NCBI GenBank assembly: GCA_045658845.1
Contig: JAZOVT010000093.1
Span: 33,040-97,039 of the forward strand
DNA: 64,000 bases
DNA from: Alistipes sp.
GTDB taxonomy: Bacteria > Bacteroidota > Bacteroidia > Bacteroidales > Rikenellaceae
Reading direction: 5' to 3'
Position numbers and translations under genes: made by a program. Position 1 is the first letter of the stretch. Every line of letters starts with the position of its first letter. The notes under the pieces were generated by a model. That model was not told where the DNA came from, did not search any database, and worked only from the letters and a program-made list of their open reading frames with translations. Shown here piece after piece: positions 1-9,365 of this stretch.

Positions 1-2
1 AC

Positions 3-611
3 ATCAAAAAGCCCAAAATAGACGAGAGTAACCAAGCACAACACGACTATATCAAGGACTATCTATTTAAGGTAGATGAACTACTCGGAACATCGGAAGA
101 TATGGAGTATGTGATGGAGAAATATATCGATATGCCTTCGTGGGCGGCGCAGTGGCTTGTATTTGAACTTTCGGGTACACCAGAACCAAGTGGGCCAAGC
201 AGTTGGTACACATTCAAGGATAAGAGTGACGATAAATGGTATTGCGGACCGCCCTGGGATTTCGACTATAGGTCATATTTAACATCGACAGCCAACGGCT
301 GGGTTAGTAAAAGTTATGTCTACCAACCCCAAATGAGGCAATATGCCCCATACAAAGAGATACTCATTCAGCAGTGGAAAGAGATAGAGCCGCTATTGCC
401 AGAGTTAATTAATTATATTAACGAGCAGAGAGAGTATATGCGCCACTCGGCTGAGGCAAACTGGTACATTCACGACAAAAATCTAGTTGATGATAACCGC
501 TGAGAGAATGGAGATGAATTTATTGCATCGGACAGTGCTATTGACCGTATGATTGAATATTTGGAAACGAAATGGGAATTTGTAAGTAAGAACATACACA
601 ACTTACAATAA
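3..611 (+). pseudogene. 3' part of a CotH-kinase family gene (5' end outside window) with an in-frame TGA at 501-503
   Basis: Frame from base 3 (IKKPKIDESNQAQHDY...GPPWDFD) is colinear, without indels, with 1760-2368 of the next gene. After the TGA the same frame continues ENGDEFIASDSAIDRMIEYLETKWEFVSKNIHNLQ to TAA at 609-611. Confidence 0.7.
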
Positions 612-679
612 CACATATAATCAACATTTACTGCCAAAATTATATTACGATAAAACAACCAAAACAAAACCATTAAACT

Positions 680-2368
680 ATGAAGATGCACTCTCGTATA
701 TTCACAATTTTAGTGTTTGTCGCAATAACCTTTACGACATCGCTATTTATCGCTTGTGGCGAGGATAATACAGAGCCAACACCTATCACACCGCCCCAGG
801 AGGAGCCCGAAAAGAAACCCGACGATAAACAACCCGATGAGGAGGAAGAGGAGCAGGAACTATGTGACACAAATTACAATATTACAAATATTGTTTTTCC
901 GATACATCGCAATGCGGGGCTGAGCGAAACCATAACAATATACCCTGACGAGAATAACGTCTTTACGGAAAGAGTACATAGCGTAAGGTATGACCACACG
1001 CGGCCATATATGATGCCTGCCAGCCTTACAAAACTATACATAGAATTTAATAGCGATGCCAAGACTATTTATATCGATGGAGTAGAGTACAAAAAATCTA
1101 CACCATACGATTTCTCGAAACCCGTTACGGTTACAGCCTGTGCCGATACGGGCACAGAGAAAACTTACACAGTTGTGCTTAATAATTTCACGGGGTTGCC
1201 GATTATATATATAAATACAGCATCGGGTCAGGAGGTAAAGGATAAAGAGAATTACGAAGATGCTACGATTGAGATTATTGGCTCGGAGAGTTTGCCAGGC
1301 TTGGCAAAGATGGATATGCAGATTCACGGCCGAGGAAATGTATCGTGGACTGCATTTACGAAGAAGCAATCCTACACCATCAGTCTAAGTTCAAAGCAGA
1401 AAGTATTAGGAATGCCCAAGCACAAAAAATGGGTACTCATAAGCAACTATCGCGACAAAACGCTACTTCGCAACAATGTGGCGTGGTGGATTTCGAGCCA
1501 TCTGCCTGGAATAAAATATACACCTCGCTTCCAGCACGCCGAGTTGATTCTAAATGGCCGACATCGTGGCGTATATCAGGTAGTTGAGCAGGTCAGAATA
1601 GACAACGACCGCGTTGACATCAACGAGATGAAACCTACTGACACCGAAGGCGAAGCAATTACAGGAGGTTACCTCATAGAGTTGGACCGTATGTCGGACG
1701 ACACCGACCAATGGCGTTGGGTACTACCCTACTTGCAGGGAGGTACACATCAAGCAAATATCAAGAAACCAAAGATTGATGAGAGTAACCAAGCACAACA
1801 CGACTACATCAAGGAGTATCTATTTAAGGTAGATAAGTTGCTCGGCACATCAGAGGATATGGAATACGTTATGGAGACCTATATCGATATGCCTTCGTGG
1901 GCGGCGCAATGGCTCGTGTTTGAACTTTCGGGTACGCCAGAACCAAATGGCCCGAATAGTTGGTACACATTCAAGGAAAAGAGTGACGATAAGTGGCACT
2001 GCGGACCACCTTGGGATTTTGACTACCAATCGTTTGTGCCCTCAACTGCCAACCAATTTAGGAACAAAAGTTATGTTTATCAACCTCAAATGCGCAAATA
2101 CAAGCCTTACAGAGAGGAACTCATCAGACAATGGGAGGCTGTGCAACCTCTGTTACCCGATTTAATTAACTACATAAACGAGCAACGTGAGTATATGCGC
2201 TACTCGGCAGAGGCTAATTGGTATATCCACGAGCAGAACTTAAAGGACGACCAAAGTCATCAGAATGGCGATGAGTACATTCCGAGCGATATGGCCATCG
2301 ACCGAATGATTGAGTATCTCTATATGAAGTGGGATTATATTGACAAGAACATTAGAAACTTGAAATAA
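680..2368 (+). CDS. CotH kinase family lipoprotein
   Basis: Lipobox LFIAC, Pro/Glu-rich linker, and CotH-like motifs GRGNxSW, KWVLISNYRDKTLLRN, GVYQVVEQ, GGYLIELD, GPPWDFD. Confidence 0.85.
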   Translation: MKMHSRIFTILVFVAITFTTSLFIACGEDNTEPTPITPPQEEPEKKPDDKQPDEEEEEQELCDTNYNITNIVFPIHRNAGLSETITIYPDENNVFTERVHSVRYDHTRPYMMPASLTKLYIEFNSDAKTIYIDGVEYKKSTPYDFSKPVTVTACADTGTEKTYTVVLNNFTGLPIIYINTASGQEVKDKENYEDATIEIIGSESLPGLAKMDMQIHGRGNVSWTAFTKKQSYTISLSSKQKVLGMPKHKKWVLISNYRDKTLLRNNVAWWISSHLPGIKYTPRFQHAELILNGRHRGVYQVVEQVRIDNDRVDINEMKPTDTEGEAITGGYLIELDRMSDDTDQWRWVLPYLQGGTHQANIKKPKIDESNQAQHDYIKEYLFKVDKLLGTSEDMEYVMETYIDMPSWAAQWLVFELSGTPEPNGPNSWYTFKEKSDDKWHCGPPWDFDYQSFVPSTANQFRNKSYVYQPQMRKYKPYREELIRQWEAVQPLLPDLINYINEQREYMRYSAEANWYIHEQNLKDDQSHQNGDEYIPSDMAIDRMIEYLYMKWDYIDKNIRNLK

Positions 2369-2377
2369 CAGCAAACC

Positions 2378-2407
2378 AAAGGGGCGACACTTAATTGTCG
2401 CCCCTTT
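2378..2407. terminator. Bidirectional intrinsic terminator
   Basis: AAAGGGGCGACA / TGTCGCCCCTTT hairpin between convergent genes. Confidence 0.85.
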
Positions 2408-2429
2408 GATTATCATATATAGAGTTTGC

Positions 2430-3527
2430 CTACTTTATACCATATTTCTTAAGAATCTTGGTAATAGGCTTTTGGATAGCATCGGCCCAACGCTTATATC
2501 CCCACGAATAAGGGTGTATGCCATCGGCAGAAGTCAAGTGGTCGGTGCCCGTCTGATTGGTCACATCAACATAATAAACATCATCATACTCCTCGACAAT
2601 GGTCTTCATCAAATTACGCACATAATCAACTCGCTCGGACTCGAACTTCTTGGAATTTTGGTCGAAATTACGACTCTCGCGATAGATAGTCTCGAGGAAG
2701 ATAATCGGCTTATTGGGGTGTTTGGCCTGGATAGTCTCAATAAATGGGCGAATACGCTCTCCGATAATCTCGGTGGTGGGGTTTGAGAATGCATCACAAA
2801 TAAATGCATCGGCATCCGACTTGGCCATAATCTCGGCCATAGTCTTTTGCAACTTACTATTGCCCGACATTCCCAAAGAACATAGATATAGTCCTGTTTG
2901 GCGCGAGAGGAACGCAGGATAGGTCATTCCCGCCGCCGAAGCACACGAGCCGTGAGTAAAACTTGAGCCAAAGATTACAATCTTATGGCGGAACGGATTA
3001 TCGACAGCACGAATCTCGGCAGAGTCATCTACACCTATTTCGAGATGCTTGAGTTCGCTGAATAGAGGCAAATAGATGATACAACGTTTCATCGATTTAT
3101 CCATATTACCAATCAACTGCAACGGAGCATCCATCTTATCTGTACCATCGGCATTTTTACCTGTTGCATTGGCCTTTGATGAAGCCCAGACCCACTCGCC
3201 ATCGACATCGATAAACATATTAAAGCCCTCGGCTGCGGCACGCGGCATACCTGTCGAAGTACGATGAACGCCAACTTGCGCCTTTACCCATACCGAAGAA
3301 GAGTTAGTCTCGAAAACTACAGCCAAACCCGATGCATCACGCAACAAGGTCTTTTCGGTATTATTAAGCGCAGGATAGTCATCAACCTCAACGCGATGGT
3401 AAGGGTTAGTCGTTTCGCACATCTTGCCTAAAAACGTCAGCGATTGAGCGTCAACATACTTAACGGCATCGACCTGCTGCACGGCAAAGAGCATCAGAGC
3501 CAACAATGGAAGAAATATTCTTTTCAT
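2430..3527 (-). CDS. Secreted SGNH/GDSL hydrolase family protein
   Basis: FGSSFTHG block I, LGMSGN, DGIHP block V. Signal peptide from MKRIF; the ORF track extends to 3548. Confidence 0.85.
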   Translation of the reverse strand: MKRIFLPLLALMLFAVQQVDAVKYVDAQSLTFLGKMCETTNPYHRVEVDDYPALNNTEKTLLRDASGLAVVFETNSSSVWVKAQVGVHRTSTGMPRAAAEGFNMFIDVDGEWVWASSKANATGKNADGTDKMDAPLQLIGNMDKSMKRCIIYLPLFSELKHLEIGVDDSAEIRAVDNPFRHKIVIFGSSFTHGSCASAAGMTYPAFLSRQTGLYLCSLGMSGNSKLQKTMAEIMAKSDADAFICDAFSNPTTEIIGERIRPFIETIQAKHPNKPIIFLETIYRESRNFDQNSKKFESERVDYVRNLMKTIVEEYDDVYYVDVTNQTGTDHLTSADGIHPYSWGYKRWADAIQKPITKILKKYGIK

Positions 3528-3637
3528 AATATAGATTTTATTTGACACACAAACCTTACAGCGAAATTATTTACCTAATATATGGTCACAAAAAGAGCCG
3601 GACTTGGAAAATCCGGCCCTAATACTCGTTATTAGAC

Positions 3638-3883
3638 TTACTTATTCTCGTTCAAAATACGCATTGCAGCATCAAGAATAGCAGTATCGTCCAATGTAAC
3701 CACACCACCATCTGGGCCCTGCTCGATATGGATACCAGAACAAGCCTTAGCCTCCAAATGCTTTCCACCGAAATAATTACGTACGGTCTCTACATCAATA
3801 CCCAATTCATCAGCGATACGCTGTGAACTTCCGCTGGGCAACTTATCCTTAATGCGGCGCAGTTCGTTAAATGTAATAATCAT
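3638..3883 (-). CDS. Small conserved Bacteroidetes HTH DNA-binding protein
   Basis: 81 aa; RIADELGIDVETVRNYF helix-turn-helix pattern. Confidence 0.75.
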   Translation of the reverse strand: MIITFNELRRIKDKLPSGSSQRIADELGIDVETVRNYFGGKHLEAKACSGIHIEQGPDGGVVTLDDTAILDAAMRILNENK

Positions 3884-4005
3884 AATGAAACTATTTTTAG
3901 GTTTATATTTTATTGAATTATGTTCTATAATTCTTTACTCGCACTCTTTACAACATAAAGATACTACATATTTTCGTATCTGCAAAATTTTAATTAAAAA
4001 ATTTC

Positions 4006-4039
4006 AAAAAAAAGAGGAATATCTCTTGAGATACTCCTC
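4006..4039 (-). terminator. Intrinsic terminator
   Basis: GAGGAATATCT / AGATACTCCTC hairpin preceded by an A run on + (U tail on -). Confidence 0.7.
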
Positions 4040-4085
4040 GATTAACTCTTTAAGTAGCCTTTTTAAGCCATTTTATGCAACCCGA

Positions 4086-5702
4086 CTACTCATCCTCGCG
4101 CTCGATATAAATCTGCCACATCATAGGAGAATAGGGCTGAACCTCGGTGGTGATAGTTGTCGTAGTTTCGGTGTCACCGTAATTGTATGAGTTGTTGTAA
4201 TAATTATTGTAATAATAACTGTCGTAGTAATTATTATAATAGTTATCGTAATATCCACCATAGCCATAACCCGGATAACCACCATAACCGCCGTAGCCAC
4301 CATAACCGTAGTAATTATTGTAGTAGTTGTTATAGTAACTATTACCGTAATAACTATTATAATAATTGTAGTAGTTATAATAGTCATAATAGTTGTTCAG
4401 CATCGACGACGACGATGACGAAGTTGTGGTAGTACCAGCCACACCCGTAGCGCCATAAGCATTAGAAGAGCCTGTTAGAATCGCATTCCACGCTCCAAGT
4501 TTCATCTGCGGGATGGCATACTTCCACGCATCAACTAACGAGTTTGATTCGGGTGTTGATGTTACAAAATCGAGGGGAGTACCCACCTTATCGGTAATTT
4601 CATCGTCATAGATGATTTCCTTAATCTCGGGGATATTGGTATCGATGATAAATCCATCCATCAGACGTGTCACATACCAAATCTTGGCGTTGGTCACAGA
4701 ATCTACAGGGTCGGCATCGGCAGGGTGCAAGCCCTCACCAAAACGCTCCAAGAGAGCCTCATCGACCTCCTTATTAATCTGCTCGAGAGTTTTAGTGCCA
4801 TAAATCTTACCACTCTTATACTCTGTCTGACCCTGATATATAAGGGTATCCTGACCCAAGCAATTAAACTCAAGGCGCTGCTTGGGTGTATAGAGATAAT
4901 TAATATACAACGCCGCGATAGAATCAACAGGCTGATGCCACATATTATCATATACTACCTCTTCTGCCTCTTCGTCTGCGCGAGTACGCTTATATGACTT
5001 GCGCTTTGCAGCGGCCTCGCCATCATCCTCATCTTCGGGTGCCAAACCACCATTTGCCGCAGCGAAAGCCTTAATCCATTGGTCCTCGTACGCAACAGGA
5101 TTATTAACGTGACCCCATACATCCACCTCTACAATCATCGGGCGGTTGGAATCAAGGGTATATTGGCCCTCATAACCTCCATCACCCTGCATACCATCTT
5201 CACCTGCGGCGATTGACGAAGGCAGATATAGGCGCAACTTTGCACCATAACGTACAGCGTACTCATCATTACCAATCTTCAACTTATTACGCAACGCAAG
5301 ATATGTTCCTTCGGGCATCGAGGTGTTGTCGTTACCGCAGAACAAGAAGTACGGCACATAATGGGTATGCTCGGTATAAGAGTCCTGCATACGCGCCAAC
5401 TCCGAATCTCGCGTCATAATAACGTTACCCGCCAAATCGCGGCAAGTAACATCAAACCACAACCACGCATTATCGTGACGCACAGGCATACTGTCGGCAA
5501 CACCCTCGTCGAGCAACTCCACATAATAACCACCAATAGGTTGATAGTTCTCCAACAGGTCGGGACGATTAATCTTCATCCACGATTCAAGCGCGATACG
5601 CTCAACCTCCTCCAACTCCATCTCATTGGTTTTAACACAAGAGGACAATGCGAAGGCCAACGACAGACCTACAAAACAAACTATACTATATAAAAACTTC
5701 AT
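4086..5702 (-). CDS. Lipoprotein with two FKBP-like domains and a Tyr/Asn/Gly-rich insert
   Basis: Lipobox LSSC. FKBP-like C-terminal patterns LYLPSSIAAG...PMIVEVDV and SSNAYGATG...VQPYSPMMWQIYI. Confidence 0.7.
   Translation of the reverse strand: MKFLYSIVCFVGLSLAFALSSCVKTNEMELEEVERIALESWMKINRPDLLENYQPIGGYYVELLDEGVADSMPVRHDNAWLWFDVTCRDLAGNVIMTRDSELARMQDSYTEHTHYVPYFLFCGNDNTSMPEGTYLALRNKLKIGNDEYAVRYGAKLRLYLPSSIAAGEDGMQGDGGYEGQYTLDSNRPMIVEVDVWGHVNNPVAYEDQWIKAFAAANGGLAPEDEDDGEAAAKRKSYKRTRADEEAEEVVYDNMWHQPVDSIAALYINYLYTPKQRLEFNCLGQDTLIYQGQTEYKSGKIYGTKTLEQINKEVDEALLERFGEGLHPADADPVDSVTNAKIWYVTRLMDGFIIDTNIPEIKEIIYDDEITDKVGTPLDFVTSTPESNSLVDAWKYAIPQMKLGAWNAILTGSSNAYGATGVAGTTTTSSSSSSMLNNYYDYYNYYNYYNSYYGNSYYNNYYNNYYGYGGYGGYGGYPGYGYGGYYDNYYNNYYDSYYYNNYYNNSYNYGDTETTTTITTEVQPYSPMMWQIYIEREDE
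4176..4397 (-). repeat. Low-complexity YYN/GYG coding repeat
   Basis: 74 codons: 35 Y, 18 N, 13 G, 4 S, 3 D, 1 P (hand count). Confidence 0.95.
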
Positions 5703-5774
5703 ATCTTAATTAAATTCTTACAATCCAACTCCTTAAATTAGCGCCATAGCAATATGAGAACTCGCCACCGACCG

Positions 5775-6386
5775 TTAATTCTTTACAACGCTCTTGATTT
5801 GATATACCCACACTAAGCTCGACTTCTTGGGGATAACACCTACAACGTGTTTATCGTACGCTGTATCGAAGGCCATATAAACCTCCACAACATCACCCTC
5901 GCGACAATCTACCAACGAAGCCTCCACGCCTTTTAGTATATCGCCAGCACCAATTCGCACTTTTAATGGTTCAAAAGACCAATACTCTGGATTTAATCCA
6001 TTTTCAGCCAACTTCTCAATCAAATCAGCATTATTGGTATAATAGAGCGAATTCAACGAGGGGGCACCTCCCGTAAAATTATAAGCCTCGAAGATTAATT
6101 CGACTTCATCACCCACTGCGACCTGACGCTTGCCATCACGCCCCGAATCGTAATATGTAGCGATATAGCGATATGTACTCGTATTGAGCCTCTCATAAAA
6201 TGGCGGATTGGCAACCATCGAATTTGGCACCTCCTCAAAGGCTATCAAACGAGGATTATGCGATGAGGTAAGATAACGCACAATCTGCTCCTGCTGTGAG
6301 GTCAAATCGGTATCCTCCTCATTGCATCCGACCACAAGTGTAAGACACATTGCGGCTAACGCCATTATGATTAATCGCAACTTCAT
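5775..6386 (-). CDS. FKBP-type peptidyl-prolyl isomerase-like lipoprotein
   Basis: Lipobox VVGC; ILKGVEASL...GDVVEVYM...AY...VIPKKSSLVW FKBP pattern. Confidence 0.75.
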   Translation of the reverse strand: MKLRLIIMALAAMCLTLVVGCNEEDTDLTSQQEQIVRYLTSSHNPRLIAFEEVPNSMVANPPFYERLNTSTYRYIATYYDSGRDGKRQVAVGDEVELIFEAYNFTGGAPSLNSLYYTNNADLIEKLAENGLNPEYWSFEPLKVRIGAGDILKGVEASLVDCREGDVVEVYMAFDTAYDKHVVGVIPKKSSLVWVYQIKSVVKN

Positions 6387-6478
6387 AACTCTATAATCGT
6401 GCAAATTTAAGAAAAAATATCGATTCAGCCAATTTCGTTACCAATATTTATATAAAAGCCACCATTACACGCGCAGAA

Positions 6479-7069
6479 TTATAGGCGTCGCAGTGCCTGA
6501 CGCACTACATCCTCTACTGCTGACGTAGGTGATTCGTTCAAAATAGCCTTCACCGCCTTCTCGGATGCCGCCTTCTGGAAGCCCAACATAACCAATGCCG
6601 CTACGGCCTCATTCAGGATGGAGTTATCGACCACACCCAGACGTGGTTGCGCCTCGTCACTTGCACCCAATTCCAACATCTTGCCGCTCAACTCTACGAT
6701 GATTTTTTGGGCGGTTTTTAGACCGAGACCCTTTACATTTTTAAGCAACACAGCATTCTCTGTCGCAATGATATTGCGTAACTCCGAAGGCGAATATGTC
6801 GAAAGTATCATTCTTGCAGTATTACCACCAACGCCCGACACACTGATTAACTGGCGAAACAACTCTCGCTCCATCTTGGTTGCAAAGCCATAAAATATGT
6901 GTGCATCCTCGCGCACTGTAAAATGCAGATACAAAAGTGCGGATTCCTGATGCTCGATAGCAGAATAAGTCTGCAACGAGATATTGATATAATAACCTAT
7001 CCCTGCGGCCTCTACAACGGCATAAGTGGGGGCTAATTCGGCTACTCGACCTGAAATATATTCGTACAT
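6479..7069 (-). CDS. ruvA: Holliday junction branch migration protein RuvA
   Basis: MYEYISG, VREDA..YGF, LISVSGVG, VKGLGLKTAQKII, ALVMLGF. Confidence 0.97.
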   Translation of the reverse strand: MYEYISGRVAELAPTYAVVEAAGIGYYINISLQTYSAIEHQESALLYLHFTVREDAHIFYGFATKMERELFRQLISVSGVGGNTARMILSTYSPSELRNIIATENAVLLKNVKGLGLKTAQKIIVELSGKMLELGASDEAQPRLGVVDNSILNEAVAALVMLGFQKAASEKAVKAILNESPTSAVEDVVRQALRRL

Positions 7070-7179
7070 AGAACTAAATTTAGTTGATAATATGACAAAA
7101 ATAAATAATTTTTTCTATCTTTGTCAGTTGTTGCGTATTTCGACACAAAAATAATTTCAAAAAATAAGATAGCAAAACG

Positions 7180-7776
7180 ATGAAAAAAGTTTTTTTAACA
7201 CTACTCGTTGCAGCAATGGGACTTGTTGCTTGCGAGAATAAGGCCGCAGCACCCGCCGAGGAGGCTCAAGCAACTGCAACAGAGGCTGTTGAGGGTGATT
7301 TGGCATATGTAAGAGTTGATTATGTTTTGGCGGAGAGCGAAATCTTCAAGACAGAGGGTCTTGCATTGCAGGAGAAGACTCAAAAGGCTCAAAACTCTTG
7401 GGCTCAGAAGGAGAAGAATCTTCAGTATGAGGCTACACAGTTGCAGGAGAAGTACCAGAAGGGACTTATCACAACTGCCGATGCACAGAAGCAGCAGGCT
7501 AACATCGAGAAGAAGATTGCCAACTATCAGACCAACACACAAAAAGAGGCTCAGGCACTCGACGAGGAGAATTTGGTATTCTCAAACCGTAGCCAAGACC
7601 TTATTATGCGTGCTATTCAGGCTGTAAATGCAGACAAGAAGTATAAGATGGTTGTAAATGCAACTGCACTTTTGGACGCTGCCGAGGCTTTGGATATCAG
7701 CGATGCTGTTTTGGCAAAGTTGAACGAGTTGTACGCTGCCGATAAGGCCGCTGCGGCTACTGAGAGCAAAGAGTAA
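7180..7776 (+). CDS. OmpH/Skp family chaperone, lipidated form
   Basis: Lipobox LVAC, LAYVRVD, coiled coil, DISDAVLAKLN C-terminus. Confidence 0.85.
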   Translation: MKKVFLTLLVAAMGLVACENKAAAPAEEAQATATEAVEGDLAYVRVDYVLAESEIFKTEGLALQEKTQKAQNSWAQKEKNLQYEATQLQEKYQKGLITTADAQKQQANIEKKIANYQTNTQKEAQALDEENLVFSNRSQDLIMRAIQAVNADKKYKMVVNATALLDAAEALDISDAVLAKLNELYAADKAAAATESKE

Positions 7777-7838
7777 TTAACCAAAAAAGATAAGGGGCAA
7801 GAGCCTGATGCGGGTAGGCCCTTATTGAAAAATAGACT

Positions 7839-7881
7839 AAGCGAATACCCGTGAGTATAAATCGGGTATTCGCTTTTGTTT
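7839..7881 (+). terminator. Intrinsic terminator
   Basis: 13-bp perfect stem AAGCGAATACCCG / CGGGTATTCGCTT followed by TTGTTT. Confidence 0.85.
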
Positions 7882-7911
7882 CATCGTCAATCATATAGCA
7901 TCACCAAAGAG

Positions 7912-8499
7912 ATGGCAAGAAATAAAATATTATTGTTAATAGCCGTAGCTGAAGAGTTAGGCGACAAAGCATTGGAGCAGATTAGCACACGATGCGACAT
8001 TGCGCTGACGGGTGTGGGAAAACTTAACGCCTTCGAAGCGACTCTTTTGGCCCTGCAAAAGGATGAATACGACGTTATTATCAACTTGGGAACGTGTGGT
8101 TCGTCGAAACATTCGGCGGGGAGCGTATTGCGACCAAGCACTATTGCACAAGGCGATATTTACATTGATTCGCCATTCGCGACTGCTCCCATAAATATTG
8201 CAACAGGCAATGCCGAGCAGTCAATTTGTTCATCGGACAATTTTATTGGGGCAGATACACCACCGTCGCAACTCCAACTTTTGGAGCCATACGACTGCTT
8301 CGATATGGAGAGTTATGCGATTGTTCGCGCCATAGAGTTTTACGCTCGACAAGGCAATCACAAAATGCCAACCATCGAAATGATTAAAGTTGTAAGCGAC
8401 TCGGGCGATGAGACCTTGGAGGATTGGAGTACTCGTTTAGAGAATCTACGCACAACACTCTGCAATGCATTAAATGATGTACTTGCACACTATGAATAA
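7912..8499 (+). CDS. MTA/SAH nucleosidase-like protein (PNP/UDP phosphorylase fold)
   Basis: TGVGKLNA, INLGTCG, SSDNF, DMESYA, KVVSD. Start placed at ATG 7912. Confidence 0.8.
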   Translation: MARNKILLLIAVAEELGDKALEQISTRCDIALTGVGKLNAFEATLLALQKDEYDVIINLGTCGSSKHSAGSVLRPSTIAQGDIYIDSPFATAPINIATGNAEQSICSSDNFIGADTPPSQLQLLEPYDCFDMESYAIVRAIEFYARQGNHKMPTIEMIKVVSDSGDETLEDWSTRLENLRTTLCNALNDVLAHYE

Positions 8500-8518
8500 A
8501 CCATAAAACAGACTCACA

Positions 8519-9331
8519 ATGAAGATTAAAGCAAATTGCAAGATAAATCTCGGCCTTGATGTACTGCGCCGCCGCGAGGATGGTTATCACGACCTCTCGA
8601 CCATTATGTTACCCGTCGAGGGATTATACGACGTAATAGAGATAGAGAAGAGAGGCGACAAGGAGATAGCATTTCACGGCATAGGTCTTACGGTAGATTG
8701 CCCTGCGGAGGATAACATCTGCGTCAAGGCGGCAAAACTTATGCAAGAGCGATATGGTGTTGCAGGTGTAGATATTACGCTCGACAAACGTGTTCCGTTC
8801 GGAGCAGGTTTGGGTGGTGGCTCGGCCGATGGCACGGCAGTAATTATGGGCATTAACGAAATATTTGCATTAGGGCTTTCAGAGGAGGAGTTAATCGCCC
8901 GCGCAGCGGAGTTAGGTAGTGATACTGCATTTTTTGTTCGCAACTCTCCACAACTATGCGAAGGACGTGGCGAGCAGATGACAGCAATAGAGGTAAATCT
9001 TGAAGGTTTGTGGCTCGTTATAATTAAACCCGACGAGAGCGTATCGACACGCGAAGCCTATGCTGGTGTTAAGCCTGCAATTCCGGAACTTCCGCTCACG
9101 GAGCGCATAAAACGCCCCACATCGGAGTGGCAAGGGTTGATTAAAAACGATTTTGAGACTTCGGTATTTGCCGTACATCCTGCAATCGAGTCTGCGAAGG
9201 AGCAATTATTGGATGCAGGTGCGATATATGCCTCAATGTCGGGTAGCGGCTCGGCCTTATTTGGATTATTCGAAAGCGAAGACGCCGCAGAGAAGATGCG
9301 CCACTTGACAAATTATATATTTAAGAAATAA
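8519..9331 (+). CDS. ispE: 4-(cytidine 5'-diphospho)-2-C-methyl-D-erythritol kinase
   Basis: KINLGL, DGYHDL, PFGAGLGGGSAD, MSGSGS. Confidence 0.97.
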   Translation: MKIKANCKINLGLDVLRRREDGYHDLSTIMLPVEGLYDVIEIEKRGDKEIAFHGIGLTVDCPAEDNICVKAAKLMQERYGVAGVDITLDKRVPFGAGLGGGSADGTAVIMGINEIFALGLSEEELIARAAELGSDTAFFVRNSPQLCEGRGEQMTAIEVNLEGLWLVIIKPDESVSTREAYAGVKPAIPELPLTERIKRPTSEWQGLIKNDFETSVFAVHPAIESAKEQLLDAGAIYASMSGSGSALFGLFESEDAAEKMRHLTNYIFKK

Positions 9332-9365
9332 GAGATTGTAGCGAAAAAAAGAGTAACATTGATTG

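Larger units (their letters stand above)
1..2368 (+). repeat. Tandem paralogous duplication (1-611 vs 1758-2368)
   Basis: Constant offset of 1757 bp. Identical DNA blocks include gagagtaaccaagcacaacacgacta and tatatcgatatgccttcgtgggcggcgca. Confidence 0.9.

Noticed and set aside
4176-4397. CRISPR array or DGR variable region
   Set aside because: No repeat-spacer periodicity, template copy or reverse transcriptase. It is an in-frame coding repeat.
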